From positions 1-64,000 of the forward strand of contig JBDHCV010000002.1 in the NCBI GenBank assembly GCA_039591855.1: a DNA stretch of 64,000 nt, in the 5' to 3' direction. The notes beneath the pieces were generated by a model that was not told where the DNA came from, ran no database searches, and saw only the letters and a program-made list of their open reading frames with translations. This stretch comes from Gemmatimonadota bacterium. GTDB taxonomy: Bacteria; Gemmatimonadota; Gemmatimonadetes; Longimicrobiales; Gaopeijiaceae. The translations under genes and the position numbers were made by a program. Shown here piece after piece: positions 43,153 to 53,879 of this stretch (positions within the stretch are counted from its first letter, which is position 1; each line of letters starts with the position of its first letter).

Positions 43153-45873
43153 CTACGCCGTGCTCAGGTACACGCTCTCGATGTGTTCCCTGAGGGACGC
43201 CAGCGACCCGCCGTCCCAGCCGTCGCAGATCTCGTCGATGGTCTGGAGCCCCAGGAGCCGATAGCTCTCGGTCTGGGACTCGTCGAACCATTGGTCCGCG
43301 GTGCTCTGGTGGGGGAAGGTGGGATTGGCGGCGGCGTAGCTCGCCACGTCGGGGGACTCGTTCCCCAGGAGCAGCGGCTTGACGTACACGAGGAACCCGT
43401 CCTCCGACGGCGGATCGGCCTTCGAGTACTCCACCGTGGCCACTGCGCAGCGGCGCACCCCCTCACGCAGGGGATTGGTGCCCGCGTCGGAGAACGTGAT
43501 CGGCACGCCCATGTCGATGCGGATCTTCCGCAGGGCGTTTCCCAGGTCGTCGTAGTTGAAGTCCGGATCGCACCCGGCGTCGAAGACCACGATCTGCCGG
43601 CACCGGCGCCGCACCATCTCGTACAGCCCCAGGTTCTCGAAATGTCCCCCGTCGGACAGGTACACGTAGGGGGTCTCGTCGGAGGTCTGGCCCAGCGCTT
43701 CCTTCACCAGTGACCGGATGGCGGAGAGGGGGCCGGGCAGCTTCCAGCTCCGCGCCCCCGGGGTCCCCGGATTCCCCAGCCAGGCTCCGAGGCGGGTGTT
43801 GAAGAGGGTCATGATGAACCCCACCACCGGGGAGGAGTGGTAGCCCATGTTGGGGCTCGCAGCGGCGCCCGAAAGGGCCACGGCCGTTCCCAGCGTGATC
43901 CCCCCCCCGTACTCATCCGTGGGACGGAACCCGAGTGACGCGTTGCCGCAGTGGAGTGGGGTCACCGTAAAGGGTTCGGCCTTGCGCTGCTGCCAGGCCA
44001 GACGGCTGGATCCCACCAGGTTCAGGGTGAGGTTCACGACATGGAACGGTCGAAGCGCCGGGTCCAGGTCCGCCATGGGGAGATCGTCGTTGGCCGCGAA
44101 GCCGGTGAAGTGGCTGGCCCTGCGATGGGGGTTGGAGGCTCCCAGGTAGGCCCGGATCAGCCGGTCCCGGTACATGGCGTGGAGCGAGAAGGTGTTGATG
44201 TTCACGTAGCGCGCCATGATCCAGCTCACCGACAGGAGGGCGAGGGCCAGCAAAGCCACGTGGGCGGGATGGGACCGGTCGAGGATCCCATAGTGGTTCG
44301 CCCAACCGACCACCTGCCCGTCCGGGCCGAGCATCTGGTGGCCCGAAAGTGCGTGCATGGCCTTCAGGAGGACGTTCGTGAGGACCGACAGGGCGCCGGC
44401 CAGGAGCGCGACGAAGACGGGCGGGGCCACGCGAGCGGCCAGGGAGAGGATGCGAGATGGCTTCTGGGTTTCGCCTGCCGCCCCGGCGTTGGCGTTGGCC
44501 ACGAAAGACCCGCTGAAGGTACTGAGCCAACCGGCGGCAACGGCCACGCTGGCCAGGAGGCCGTGCGCCCACGCCCGCCAGCCCAAGGCCCACTCGGGCA
44601 GCATCAGCACGACCCCGCACACCCCGAACCATCCGATGGCCACCAGGAGCACCCCGGCCACAGCCCGTGACATCCATTCCCGGTCTTCGTCCCGGAGGAA
44701 CGTGCTGGAGAGGCCCACGAAGAAGACGGTGGCCAAAGCGAAGCCGAGCAGGATCAAAGGCAGGCCCAGGGTGACGTACGCCGCCCAGGACAGGTCGAGC
44801 TCGGGCTTGGGATTCCACAGCACGAAGTTCGTGGTCACCCAGGTGGCGACGCCGGTCCCGACCGCCATGCACAGCACGGCCAGCGACAGGGGCCCGATGA
44901 GCAGGCGCATGCGCTCGCCGAAGGGACGGGGACTGACGGCCAAGCTCAGGAGCCACGCCACGCCGCACGCGAGGAGCATCCACCACAGGACGTCACTGAG
45001 GTTGCTTTCGTCGACGAACGAGTTGCCGAGGTAATGGAGGGAGTCGAAGGCCATGAAAGTCAGGACCCCGACGACCAGGGGGACCAACATGTTGCGGATG
45101 TAGTCGTAGCGGGTGTGGTCCCTCCCCCCGAGGCCGGGCAGATAGCGCAGGATGAAGAAGAGCGCCGTCGCCAGGCAGGCCAGGGCGATTCCGGGAAGGA
45201 CGTAGGAGACGAGGGCCGACTCGCTGACGGCGTTCAGCACAGGAGCGCCGTAGTCGGGCTCGGTGCCGGGGCCGGGGAAGACCGCATCGCTGAACACCAC
45301 CTCGGGGAAGGCGAGGAGGGACAGGAAGAGCCGCGGGATCATCAGCACGAACATCAGGAGCGGGATCAGCACCAGCCAGTTGAGCAGGATGTTGCGCAGG
45401 ACGGTTGCCAGAAGGGTCCACAGGTCCGTGGAGAAGGTCCCCACCCGGGGGGACATGTAGCTGTTGTAGTCCCTCAGGTGCTGGATGGGGTCGGACTCGC
45501 CGGGCTTAGGCAGGGGGGCGTCCCGGCGAAGGCGCGGGACGACCCCGGCGAGGCCTTTGGCCCGGTTGACCCATGCGGTGAGCCAACTGCCGATGAACCC
45601 GCCCCCCGACACGGTCGAGATGTAGTCGAGTTTCTCCAGGATCCCGTGCTCGGCGAGTCCCTGGATCGCCCCCATCCCGAAGGTGGCGCTGCGGATGCCT
45701 CCGCCGGAGATACAGAGGGCGCTCACGGGCTGCGATTCGTCGGAGGCGCCGTCGGGCTGCATCGCCTGGCGTTCGCGGGCGAGGACGTCGTCGATACCGA
45801 GGGGGGTGTCGTCGGCCACTAGGAACCTCTGGGCGGAATGATCGTCGGGAGCCTCGGCGGGAGGTCCCCGCAC
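43153..45873 (-). CDS. Patatin-like phospholipase fused to a large polytopic membrane domain (906 aa)
   Basis: Oxyanion-hole CISGGGIRSATFGMGAIQGL (GGxR), nucleophile elbow STVSGGGFIG (GxSxG), catalytic Asp motif YLSDGGHFENLG (DGG). More than 10 predicted TM helices in the middle. Confidence 0.7.
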   Translation of the reverse strand: MRGPPAEAPDDHSAQRFLVADDTPLGIDDVLARERQAMQPDGASDESQPVSALCISGGGIRSATFGMGAIQGLAEHGILEKLDYISTVSGGGFIGSWLTAWVNRAKGLAGVVPRLRRDAPLPKPGESDPIQHLRDYNSYMSPRVGTFSTDLWTLLATVLRNILLNWLVLIPLLMFVLMIPRLFLSLLAFPEVVFSDAVFPGPGTEPDYGAPVLNAVSESALVSYVLPGIALACLATALFFILRYLPGLGGRDHTRYDYIRNMLVPLVVGVLTFMAFDSLHYLGNSFVDESNLSDVLWWMLLACGVAWLLSLAVSPRPFGERMRLLIGPLSLAVLCMAVGTGVATWVTTNFVLWNPKPELDLSWAAYVTLGLPLILLGFALATVFFVGLSSTFLRDEDREWMSRAVAGVLLVAIGWFGVCGVVLMLPEWALGWRAWAHGLLASVAVAAGWLSTFSGSFVANANAGAAGETQKPSRILSLAARVAPPVFVALLAGALSVLTNVLLKAMHALSGHQMLGPDGQVVGWANHYGILDRSHPAHVALLALALLSVSWIMARYVNINTFSLHAMYRDRLIRAYLGASNPHRRASHFTGFAANDDLPMADLDPALRPFHVVNLTLNLVGSSRLAWQQRKAEPFTVTPLHCGNASLGFRPTDEYGGGITLGTAVALSGAAASPNMGYHSSPVVGFIMTLFNTRLGAWLGNPGTPGARSWKLPGPLSAIRSLVKEALGQTSDETPYVYLSDGGHFENLGLYEMVRRRCRQIVVFDAGCDPDFNYDDLGNALRKIRIDMGVPITFSDAGTNPLREGVRRCAVATVEYSKADPPSEDGFLVYVKPLLLGNESPDVASYAAANPTFPHQSTADQWFDESQTESYRLLGLQTIDEICDGWDGGSLASLREHIESVYLSTA

Positions 45874-46382
45874 GCCGACGGGCCGGGCTCAGGCGATCCG
45901 GGCCCCGTTCGTCGCGTGCGCAAGGATGGGCGGGGGGAGATCGGTGGGTCAAGGATGATCGTGAAGGAAAGGCGGGGGTGATGCGGATATGCCGTATTGC
46001 CGGCAGGAACCCCGGCGGGCAGCAATCCACGCCACCCGCCGTGTTCGTTCCCGGCAGGCTCCATCCCGCGGCACCCGTCGCTTCGGACCGCGACTCTGTG
46101 CTCCGAGCGAACGACCCCCTCCTCACTGGCGCCGGATACCCGGTCTGAGCCTTCCAAGCGGAATCGAGCTTCCGACAGGCGGCAGAAATGTCCTTCCCCA
46201 GGGCGCCTTTCCACCCACACGGTCTCGCCCGGAGTCCCGTATCTCCTGAAGCCACTGGGACATATTTGTTTCCCCCCCGTCATCGTATCGTTGGGAATGT
46301 CCCTTGCACCGTCCGTAGGGAATCACGACCCGGGACGTCCCCGGTTCCCGCCCTTCCGGACGCTTGATCCAAGGAGTCCCTG

Positions 46383-47306
46383 ATGACCCGTAAGCATATC
46401 GTGGCATGGGCCAAGGCCCTGGCCTTCGTCGTTGTCTTCTCCGCATGTAGCGACCGCACCGGAGCCGGAGCCCCGGGCAAGATGTCCGTCCTGCTCACCG
46501 ATGCCGAGGGGGACTTCCTCCAGGCCTGGGTCGAGATCAGGCGCGTCGAGCTGGTCGGAGACGGGGGCGGAGAAGACGACGGAGCCGCGGTTCTCCGGGA
46601 GACCCCCTTCGTCACCGACCTCCTGACCCTCTCCAACGATTTCGCCACCCTCGTGAACGGCGCGGTGGTGCCGGCGGGGACCTATTCGCAACTCCGGTTC
46701 GTGATCCCCAACGCCTGCATCGAGGTGGAGGGCCCCGATGAGAGCAGCATGGTCTACGCCTCAGAGGGGTTCACGAGGTGCGGGGACGTCGATGGACCCC
46801 TCCAGCTTCCGTCCTTCGACCAGAGCGGCCTCAAGGTCAACCTTCCCGGAGGCGCGGTGACCGTCGACGGCGACGCCCAGATCCTCCTTGCGGACTTCGA
46901 CGTCTCCCAGAGCTTTGGCCAAGTGGCGGGGAGTTCGGGGCAGTGGGTGATGCACCCCGTCATCCGGGCCGAGGACTTCAGCTTTGCCGGCACGATCGCC
47001 GTGGAACTCACGGCGGCCGAGGACGCGGGTCTGGACGGCGTGGGCGGCAGCCTGGCCGACTTCCAGGCGCGCCTGAGCTCCGAGGAGACCCCGGTGGCCT
47101 TCGAGGATCCGGAAGCGGACGGGATCTGGACCGCCACCTTCTTCCTCCTCCTGCCAGGCGACTACCAAGTATCGGTGGAGCGGAAGGATGGCGTGACCTA
47201 CGACTTCACCACCAATCCCGAGTCGCCGCAGAACGTGGAGCTCGGACAGGGTGGGGACGTCACGGTCCCCTTCGTCTTGACCTCGGCCACACCTCCCGCG
47301 AGCTGA
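46383..47306 (+). CDS. Secreted lipoprotein (DUF4382-like)
   Basis: Signal and lipobox ALAFVVVFSACSD. 307 aa, beta-rich. Confidence 0.4.
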   Translation: MTRKHIVAWAKALAFVVVFSACSDRTGAGAPGKMSVLLTDAEGDFLQAWVEIRRVELVGDGGGEDDGAAVLRETPFVTDLLTLSNDFATLVNGAVVPAGTYSQLRFVIPNACIEVEGPDESSMVYASEGFTRCGDVDGPLQLPSFDQSGLKVNLPGGAVTVDGDAQILLADFDVSQSFGQVAGSSGQWVMHPVIRAEDFSFAGTIAVELTAAEDAGLDGVGGSLADFQARLSSEETPVAFEDPEADGIWTATFFLLLPGDYQVSVERKDGVTYDFTTNPESPQNVELGQGGDVTVPFVLTSATPPAS

Positions 47307-47399
47307 AGAAGGACGGGTCCCCATCCCACCGGTTTCGCGAGCAGGGCGCCCGACCGGGTGCCCTGCTCGCTCGCACGCGTCGGCCCCGCCCGGTCCGTC

Positions 47400-48254
47400 C
47401 TACCGCCCCATCCGACCAGCGAGCTTTCGCAGCGCCTCCAGCGCCCGACCGCGGTCGGCGAGCACGCCGTCGTTGTGTGCGGCCTCCAGAGGGATCAACT
47501 CCGCGTCACGGGAGGCCCCTGCGAGGGCGAGGCCATGGTGGAACGGGACCACCCCGTCGCTTCGACCGTGGAACAGGACCCAGGGCAGGTCGAGGGTGGG
47601 GGCCCGGGCGAGATTGTCGAAGCGGGTGCGCATGAGGAGGCGGACCGGAACCCAGGGGTAGAGTTCGGCCGCCCGGTCGGGAGCCGAGGTCGGAGCGCCC
47701 TCGGTGATCAGCGCGGCCGGGGCGAGCTCGCCCGCCATGTACATGGCCGGCCCGGATCCGAGGGACCACCCGTACACCGCGATCCTCTCGGGATCCACGA
47801 GGAGGTCGCGGGTGAGGTAGTCCCAGCCAGCGCGGGCGTCCGCGTACAACCCGGACTCGGACGGCGTCCCCACGTCCGCGGAGACCCCGTAGCCCCGGAA
47901 CTCCACCGCCAGGACGTTGAAGCCCGCCTCGTGAAGTAGCCGGTAACGCTCGATCGAGCCGGGAGTCCCCACCAGCCCTCCGTTGCCGTGGAAGTAGATG
48001 GCCCACGGGGCTTCCGATGGGGCGTCGGGACGCGGGGCGGCGAGGAGGAAGACGGGCACGCCGTCGTCCGCAGGCACGCGAGTCGAATCCCAGTTCAGTC
48101 CGGGCTCGGCGGGTACCGCCCATTCCCCCGCCGCCCTCCCGGCTCCCGGGAACACGAGAGCCGTCTCCCGAGCGACCAGGAAGACCAGAAGGACCAGGTA
48201 GGCCGGCCCGAGAATCAGGAGGCCTCGGACGGCGAGGCGTGCGACGCGTCTCAT
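47400..48254 (-). CDS. Alpha/beta hydrolase
   Basis: N-terminal TM/signal, HGNGG oxyanion region, nucleophile elbow GWSLGSG (GxSxG), C-terminal His. Confidence 0.65.
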   Translation of the reverse strand: MRRVARLAVRGLLILGPAYLVLLVFLVARETALVFPGAGRAAGEWAVPAEPGLNWDSTRVPADDGVPVFLLAAPRPDAPSEAPWAIYFHGNGGLVGTPGSIERYRLLHEAGFNVLAVEFRGYGVSADVGTPSESGLYADARAGWDYLTRDLLVDPERIAVYGWSLGSGPAMYMAGELAPAALITEGAPTSAPDRAAELYPWVPVRLLMRTRFDNLARAPTLDLPWVLFHGRSDGVVPFHHGLALAGASRDAELIPLEAAHNDGVLADRGRALEALRKLAGRMGR

Positions 48255-48409
48255 ATGAATCTGAACATGTCGAGCCCGAACGCCCGGGGCGAACGGGCTC
48301 GCGTTTCATGCCGACCGCCGTGTTCCCGATTCCGATGGCCGCCCCCGGGCCCGAACCCTATCTTCACCCCGATCTCCCGCGCCCCGGAAACCGTCGTATG
48401 GAGCCGACC

Positions 48410-51400
48410 ATGATCAAGGTCCGTTCGCTGGTTCTTTTCCTTCTTTCCGTAGCGATGCTCGGAGCCTCCGCCCCGCCTCCGGACCCCATCCAGTTCATGC
48501 GGGATCCCCATGTGAGCGGGGACCTCATCGCATTCTCCTATCAGGGGGACATCTGGGTGGCCTCCCGGGATGGCTCGAACGCCCGACGCCTCACCAACCA
48601 CGTCGCCCGGGACGTGCTCCCGCGATTCTCGCCGGACGGGCAGTGGGTGGCTTTCTCCAGCGACCGGTTCGGCAACTACGACGTCTTCCTGATTCCGGTG
48701 GAGGGGGGGGAGCCCACCCAGCTGACCTTCCACACCACGGCGGACCGGGTGGCGGGATGGACGCTTGATGGGACCATCATGTTCGTGACCTCGAGGGGGA
48801 GTCATCCCTTCCTCTCGCCCATGCACACCGTTTCGCCCGACGGCGGACTGCCCATGCCCATGGAGATGGACCAGGCGGCCGCAGCGGCGGTGAGCCCGGA
48901 CGGGCGATTCGTGGCCTTCAACCGCATCGGGGTGAACACCACGCGGAAGGGCTACAAAGGCAATCGGGCTCCGGACGTCTACGTGATGGACCGGGAGTCG
49001 GGGAGCGTCACACAGCTGACGGACACCAACCTGCAGGACTTCCGGAATCACGTTCCGGACGGGGAGGCCATGTGGGGCCAGGACGGGCGCCTCTACTACC
49101 TGAGCGAGCGGGACGGGACCTTCAACATCTGGTCCATGGCGCCGGACGGGAGCGACGATACCCAGATCACCCGGCACTCGGGGGACGGGGTCAACTATCC
49201 GTCCATCAGCCCGGACGGAAGCACGATCGCCTACACCCGGGGACACGAGTTGTGGACCCTGGACGTGCCCGGTGGCGAGCCCACCCGGATCACCGTGGCT
49301 CTCGCGTTCGATCCCACCATGAACCGGGTCGAGTGGGTGGACGTCGCCAACCGGGCCGAGGGTTTCGCCCTCCACCCGGACGGGAAGACTCTGGCCGTGG
49401 ACAGCCGGGGCGAGATCTTCATGGTCCCCGTGGATCCCGAGAAGGGGGAGAAGACCCAGGTCACATCGTCGGCGTGGCGGGACCGCTACCAGAAGTTCTC
49501 ACCCGACGGGTCCATGCTCGCCTACGTCTCAGACGACGGGGGGCAGGAGGAGATCTGGGTCCGGGACCTGGCCACCGGTGAGAGCCGGAAGCTCACGGAC
49601 CACGACTCCAAGAAGGACGACAACTACGTCTGGTCGCCGGATTCGGAGCGAATCGCCTTCGAGGCCGCCAATCGGCTCTTCGAAGTGGATGTGGCCACGG
49701 GCCGAACCACCGAGCTGGCTTTCAACGTCAACCGCGGGTTCACCCTCTCCCAGTATTCGCCGGACGGGGGCTGGCTTCTCTATTCCCGCCGGGATCTGGA
49801 CGAGGACGACGAAGTCTATCTCCTCGAGGTCTCGTCCCGGAACGAGATCAACGTCACCCGGGATCCGTTCCGGGACATCGGCGGGGTGCTGACCCCCGAC
49901 GGGAAGCACCTGGTGTTCGCTTCGATGAGGGACGGGGGCACGGCGCACCTGTTCGTCACCCCCCTGGCCCGACTGACCGAAGACCCGGACGATCCCCTGG
50001 TACGGGGTCGGGAGGCGGATCGGTCGGAGGATTCGGATGAGGTGGATCCCCTCCAGGTCGACGGCGACGGCATCGAGAAGCGTGTGAAACAGCTGACCTC
50101 GGGCGAGAACGGCATCCGGGGGATGGTCCTCTCCCACGACGGAGGGACGGTCTACTACACCTCGAGGGACGACGACGGACCCGCGCTGTTCGCGGTGCCC
50201 GTCACCGGCGGGGAGGCCCGGCGGGTAGCCGGGGGCAACTTCTCCGACATGCAGATCCCCGACGAGGGGGGGCGGGTCTTCTTCTTCCGCACCCAGGGTG
50301 GGGGCGGGTTCGGCGGTGCGCCCTCCGGGGGATCCGAGATCTTCCAGATGCCGTTGACCGGGGGGCAGCCCCGGGCCGAGCGGATCCCCTTCGCCTTCTC
50401 GGTGAAGGTGGATCACCGGGGGGAGTGGGAGCAGATCTTGGAGGAGAGCTGGCGGGTCATGAAGCACCTCTTCTACGACCCGGACATGCACGGGGTGGAC
50501 TGGGACGGGGCCCGGGACACCTACAAGCCCCTGCTGGCGCACGTGGGCACCTACGAGGACGCCTACGACCTGGCCAACCAGATGATCGGGGAGCTCAACG
50601 CCTCCCACGTGGGGGTGCGGGGCTCGCCCAGCGTCTCCATGGAGGAGGAGTACCAGACCCGGCTTCCGGGCTTCGAGCTGGAGCCGGCGGACGGAGGGTA
50701 CCGGGTGACCCACGTCTATCGGGACGGCCCCGCGGACAAGGAGTGGTTGGATATCCAGGTGGGAGACTACGTGATGGCCATCGACGGGAAGGAGACCCGG
50801 GCCGGCGACAACTACTGGATGCACCTGAACTCCGCGATCAACGAGTACGTGACCGTGCGCGTGGCCGACTCGGCGAACGGCGGGAACGCCCGGGATCTCC
50901 GGATCCGGACCATGACCTCTCTGCGCAACGTCCAGTACCAGGAGTGGGTCGAGGGCAACCGGGACTACGTCACGGCCGAAACCGACGGGCGGATCGCCTA
51001 CGTCCACATCCGGGCCATGAACCAGGCGTCGCTGCGGGTCTTCGAGAACGAGATCGACCGGTTCTGGAACGCCGAGGGGATCATCGTCGACATCCGATAC
51101 AACGGTGGGGGCAACATCGATCAGCAGATCCTCGACATCCTGGAGCGCCGCCCCTACGAGTACTGGAACAACCGCTGGGCGGCTCCGAGCGCGGGACGTC
51201 GGCCCCGGCAGGCCATCGCTGGACCAAAGGTCATGCTCATCAACTACCGGTCCGCGTCGGACTCCGAGGTGACCCCCCTGGGCTTCCGGGACCTGGAGCT
51301 GGGTCGGATCGTGGGGAATCCCACCATGGGTGCCGTGATCGCCACCGGGAGCTACCGGCTCATCAACGGGGGCACCATCCGGACGCCCGGTTCACTGGTC

Positions 51401-51601
51401 GTGAACTACGACCCGAGCCAGCCCAACAACCACGGGCTGAACCTCGAGAACTACGGCGTGGCCCCGGACGTCTGGGCGGAGAACACCCCCGAGGACGAGT
51501 TGGCCGGCTTCGACCGGGAGCTCAAGGCCGCCATCGACGAGGCCATGCGGATGCTGGGCGAGGGGAATTGGCAGTACCGGGCGAACGGCGGGGAGGAATA
51601 A
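48410..51601 (+). CDS. Tricorn-protease-like S41 peptidase with N-terminal TolB-type beta-propellers and a C-terminal PDZ + tail-specific protease domain
   Basis: Signal peptide MIKVRSLVLFLLSVAMLGASA, repeated WxxDG propeller blades (FSPDGQWVAF, SPDGSTIAY, ...), C-terminal S41 domain with the catalytic Ser region (SASDSE) and a PDZ. GGAG 6 nt upstream of the ATG. The 131 codons upstream in the track ORF look untranslated. Confidence 0.7.
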   Translation: MIKVRSLVLFLLSVAMLGASAPPPDPIQFMRDPHVSGDLIAFSYQGDIWVASRDGSNARRLTNHVARDVLPRFSPDGQWVAFSSDRFGNYDVFLIPVEGGEPTQLTFHTTADRVAGWTLDGTIMFVTSRGSHPFLSPMHTVSPDGGLPMPMEMDQAAAAAVSPDGRFVAFNRIGVNTTRKGYKGNRAPDVYVMDRESGSVTQLTDTNLQDFRNHVPDGEAMWGQDGRLYYLSERDGTFNIWSMAPDGSDDTQITRHSGDGVNYPSISPDGSTIAYTRGHELWTLDVPGGEPTRITVALAFDPTMNRVEWVDVANRAEGFALHPDGKTLAVDSRGEIFMVPVDPEKGEKTQVTSSAWRDRYQKFSPDGSMLAYVSDDGGQEEIWVRDLATGESRKLTDHDSKKDDNYVWSPDSERIAFEAANRLFEVDVATGRTTELAFNVNRGFTLSQYSPDGGWLLYSRRDLDEDDEVYLLEVSSRNEINVTRDPFRDIGGVLTPDGKHLVFASMRDGGTAHLFVTPLARLTEDPDDPLVRGREADRSEDSDEVDPLQVDGDGIEKRVKQLTSGENGIRGMVLSHDGGTVYYTSRDDDGPALFAVPVTGGEARRVAGGNFSDMQIPDEGGRVFFFRTQGGGGFGGAPSGGSEIFQMPLTGGQPRAERIPFAFSVKVDHRGEWEQILEESWRVMKHLFYDPDMHGVDWDGARDTYKPLLAHVGTYEDAYDLANQMIGELNASHVGVRGSPSVSMEEEYQTRLPGFELEPADGGYRVTHVYRDGPADKEWLDIQVGDYVMAIDGKETRAGDNYWMHLNSAINEYVTVRVADSANGGNARDLRIRTMTSLRNVQYQEWVEGNRDYVTAETDGRIAYVHIRAMNQASLRVFENEIDRFWNAEGIIVDIRYNGGGNIDQQILDILERRPYEYWNNRWAAPSAGRRPRQAIAGPKVMLINYRSASDSEVTPLGFRDLELGRIVGNPTMGAVIATGSYRLINGGTIRTPGSLVVNYDPSQPNNHGLNLENYGVAPDVWAENTPEDELAGFDRELKAAIDEAMRMLGEGNWQYRANGGEE

Positions 51602-51604
51602 CCA

Positions 51605-51925
51605 ATGACGAAACTCATGAAAGCACTCGCGCTAGCCGCCCTTCTGGCCACCGGGGGCTGCATGACCTATCCCGTCGCGGCCACGGTGATCATCGAGCCG
51701 GGGCAGAGGGTCACGGCGGAGGCTTCGAAGTTCAGCTTCCTCTTCCTCTCCCCCCTCCCTTCGTCCACCGGAGGGGAACTACTGAACCAGCTCGTGGAGC
51801 AGTGCGGGGGTGGTAGCGTGACGGGCATCACGACGGGCATGTCCTTGGCCTTCGCCGTGATCGGCCAGGTAGAGACGATGACGGTATCCGGGTATTGCAC
51901 CGAGACCCGGGAGCAACTCAGGTGA
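51605..51925 (+). CDS. Small lipoprotein, co-operonic with the tricorn-like protease (4-nt gap)
   Basis: MTKLMKALALAALLATGGC lipobox. 106 aa. Confidence 0.4.
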   Translation: MTKLMKALALAALLATGGCMTYPVAATVIIEPGQRVTAEASKFSFLFLSPLPSSTGGELLNQLVEQCGGGSVTGITTGMSLAFAVIGQVETMTVSGYCTETREQLR

Positions 51926-51997
51926 GCTGAGTAATCGGCAAAGGTGACACAACCGGGCCCGTTGGGAGATCCCCGCCGGGCCCGGGTTGCACCCTCG

Positions 51998-53725
51998 CTA
52001 CTCCGCTCCCAGGAAGGCCTTCGCGTGGGCCACCTCCGGGAGGGGGCTGTCCGGACCGGTCAGGGCCACGACATCCGCGTAGCCTCTCGCGGCGGCGGCC
52101 GCGTCACCGGCCATCTCCGACGCCCGGGCACTGCCGTAGATGCTGTTGAGGCGGTTAGGTGACCGCTCGAGCACCGAGCGGAACGCCGCCCGCGCTTCGC
52201 CCGGCCGACCCATGGACAGCAGCATGTCCCCGAGAAGCTCTCCCGCAGGCACCACCTCCCCGGGGGTCACCGGGTGCTTCTGGTTCATCGACTCGAGTTG
52301 TGTTGCCCGGCGCATCAAGGACAGGGCCCGATCGTGGTCGCCCTCGGCGAAGGCAAGCCATGCGCTCGCCCCGATCTTCTGGATCTCCACCTGCGCGCCC
52401 CAGTCGTACCGATCCGGGAGCTCGGAGGCTGCCTCCTGCAGGGCCTCCAGGCGCTCGACCGCGGCGTGGGCGGTCGGCAGGTCACCCGTCTGCGCGGCTG
52501 CGAGAGCGTGTCCGAAGCGGACGATGGCCTCCAAGTGGGGATAGCGATCCCACGTCAGGTCCCGGGGCCAACGCGCGGGGATGGCTTCCGCGGCCCGCCA
52601 GTCCCGTCGCTCCACTGCGATCCGCACCGGCACGGCCGCGAAGGCGTAGGCGGTCACCACGTTGTCCACCACCGGGCCGTCCAGTGCGTTCAAGTGCATC
52701 CGGACCTCCCGCGCCTCGTCATCCCGTCCCTGCTGTAGGTACGCGTACGCCAGGTAGTCCAGGGCGTGGAGGTGATGGTGTGAGGTGGCTCCCCCGATGG
52801 GGTGGGACAGGGCCGCCGCGGCGGACCGCCGGTTGTAGTCGATGGACTCGTCCCAGAGACCGAGTCGGGTGAAGATGTGCGACGTCATGTGGAGGGCGTG
52901 GGCGTTCTCGGGGGCCACGAGCCCGTAGCTCCGTGCCGCGGACAGCGCCCGCTCGGCCAGTCCCGGGACGTCATAGGCGTGGATGATGTAGTGGAGGGCG
53001 CCGGGGTGGTCCGGCACGAGGGCCAGAACCTCTTCGGCCATCTCCCCGGCGCGGATCTGGTTGGCGAACGTCGTGTCGGTACCCGGGGCCGTGGCGATGA
53101 GGGTCAGCGCCGTGAACAAGCGGGCCTCCAGGTCCCCGGGGTGCCGCTCGGTCACCCTTGCCCATGCCTCGGCGTAGCCCGCCAGCCGTTCGGGCTCGGT
53201 CCGGTCCACCCCCTCGGCGTAATAGGCTTCGAGGGCTACGACCCAGGCCTCCTCCCGGTCCGATGCGAAGCCGGCCGCCCGCGCCTGTTGAAGGAGCTCC
53301 CATCCCCGGGCGAATTGGTCGTCGGAGGGTACGTCCGGCCAGACCGGGTGCACCCAGGAGATGGCCTGTCCCCAGTACCCGAGCGCGCACCCCGGGTCGA
53401 TTCCCGTGGCCTCGCGGAAGGCGTCCTCGGCCTCGACGTGGGTCATGTTGTGGAGGAGGGCCAGTCCTCGGGTGACGAGCGTCGAGGCCTCGGGGGCGCA
53501 TTCGACCGTCAGGGCTACGCTCCCCAGCGACGTTCCCGTGTCATCCAGGACCTGCGTCACCCGGGACGGGTCCACCGCCGGGATTGTCCTCCCTGCCACC
53601 TCGGGCGAGTCCTCTTCGCGCTCGGAGGCCCACCGGTCGACCTGACCGCAGGCGAGGACGAGTGCCCCCGCCATGAGGGCCATTCCCACTCCGCTCCGTC
53701 CGAGACCCATCGTGGTCCGCTTCAT
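51998..53725 (-). CDS. Secreted TPR-repeat protein
   Basis: Signal and lipobox LVLACGQ. Repeated helical Ala/Leu-rich 34-aa-type units. Confidence 0.45.
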   Translation of the reverse strand: MKRTTMGLGRSGVGMALMAGALVLACGQVDRWASEREEDSPEVAGRTIPAVDPSRVTQVLDDTGTSLGSVALTVECAPEASTLVTRGLALLHNMTHVEAEDAFREATGIDPGCALGYWGQAISWVHPVWPDVPSDDQFARGWELLQQARAAGFASDREEAWVVALEAYYAEGVDRTEPERLAGYAEAWARVTERHPGDLEARLFTALTLIATAPGTDTTFANQIRAGEMAEEVLALVPDHPGALHYIIHAYDVPGLAERALSAARSYGLVAPENAHALHMTSHIFTRLGLWDESIDYNRRSAAAALSHPIGGATSHHHLHALDYLAYAYLQQGRDDEAREVRMHLNALDGPVVDNVVTAYAFAAVPVRIAVERRDWRAAEAIPARWPRDLTWDRYPHLEAIVRFGHALAAAQTGDLPTAHAAVERLEALQEAASELPDRYDWGAQVEIQKIGASAWLAFAEGDHDRALSLMRRATQLESMNQKHPVTPGEVVPAGELLGDMLLSMGRPGEARAAFRSVLERSPNRLNSIYGSARASEMAGDAAAAARGYADVVALTGPDSPLPEVAHAKAFLGAE

Positions 53726-53879
53726 CTCGACCTCCTGCCTGCTGTCGGGTCATCCATGCCTTCCTCCGCGTCGTCGATCCGGGGACGCAGGGGCCTTCCT
53801 ACCGAGAGAGGCGCGCTTCTCCCGCGACTCCGCTCATCCCTCACCACCTCCCCCTGTAGCGGTCCGCTCCACCCCTGAT

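Noticed and set aside
48017-48409. 131-codon N-terminal extension of the tricorn-like protease ORF
   Set aside because: The extension is Arg/Pro-rich and overlaps the convergent alpha/beta-hydrolase gene. A signal peptide and GGAG RBS occur at the internal ATG.
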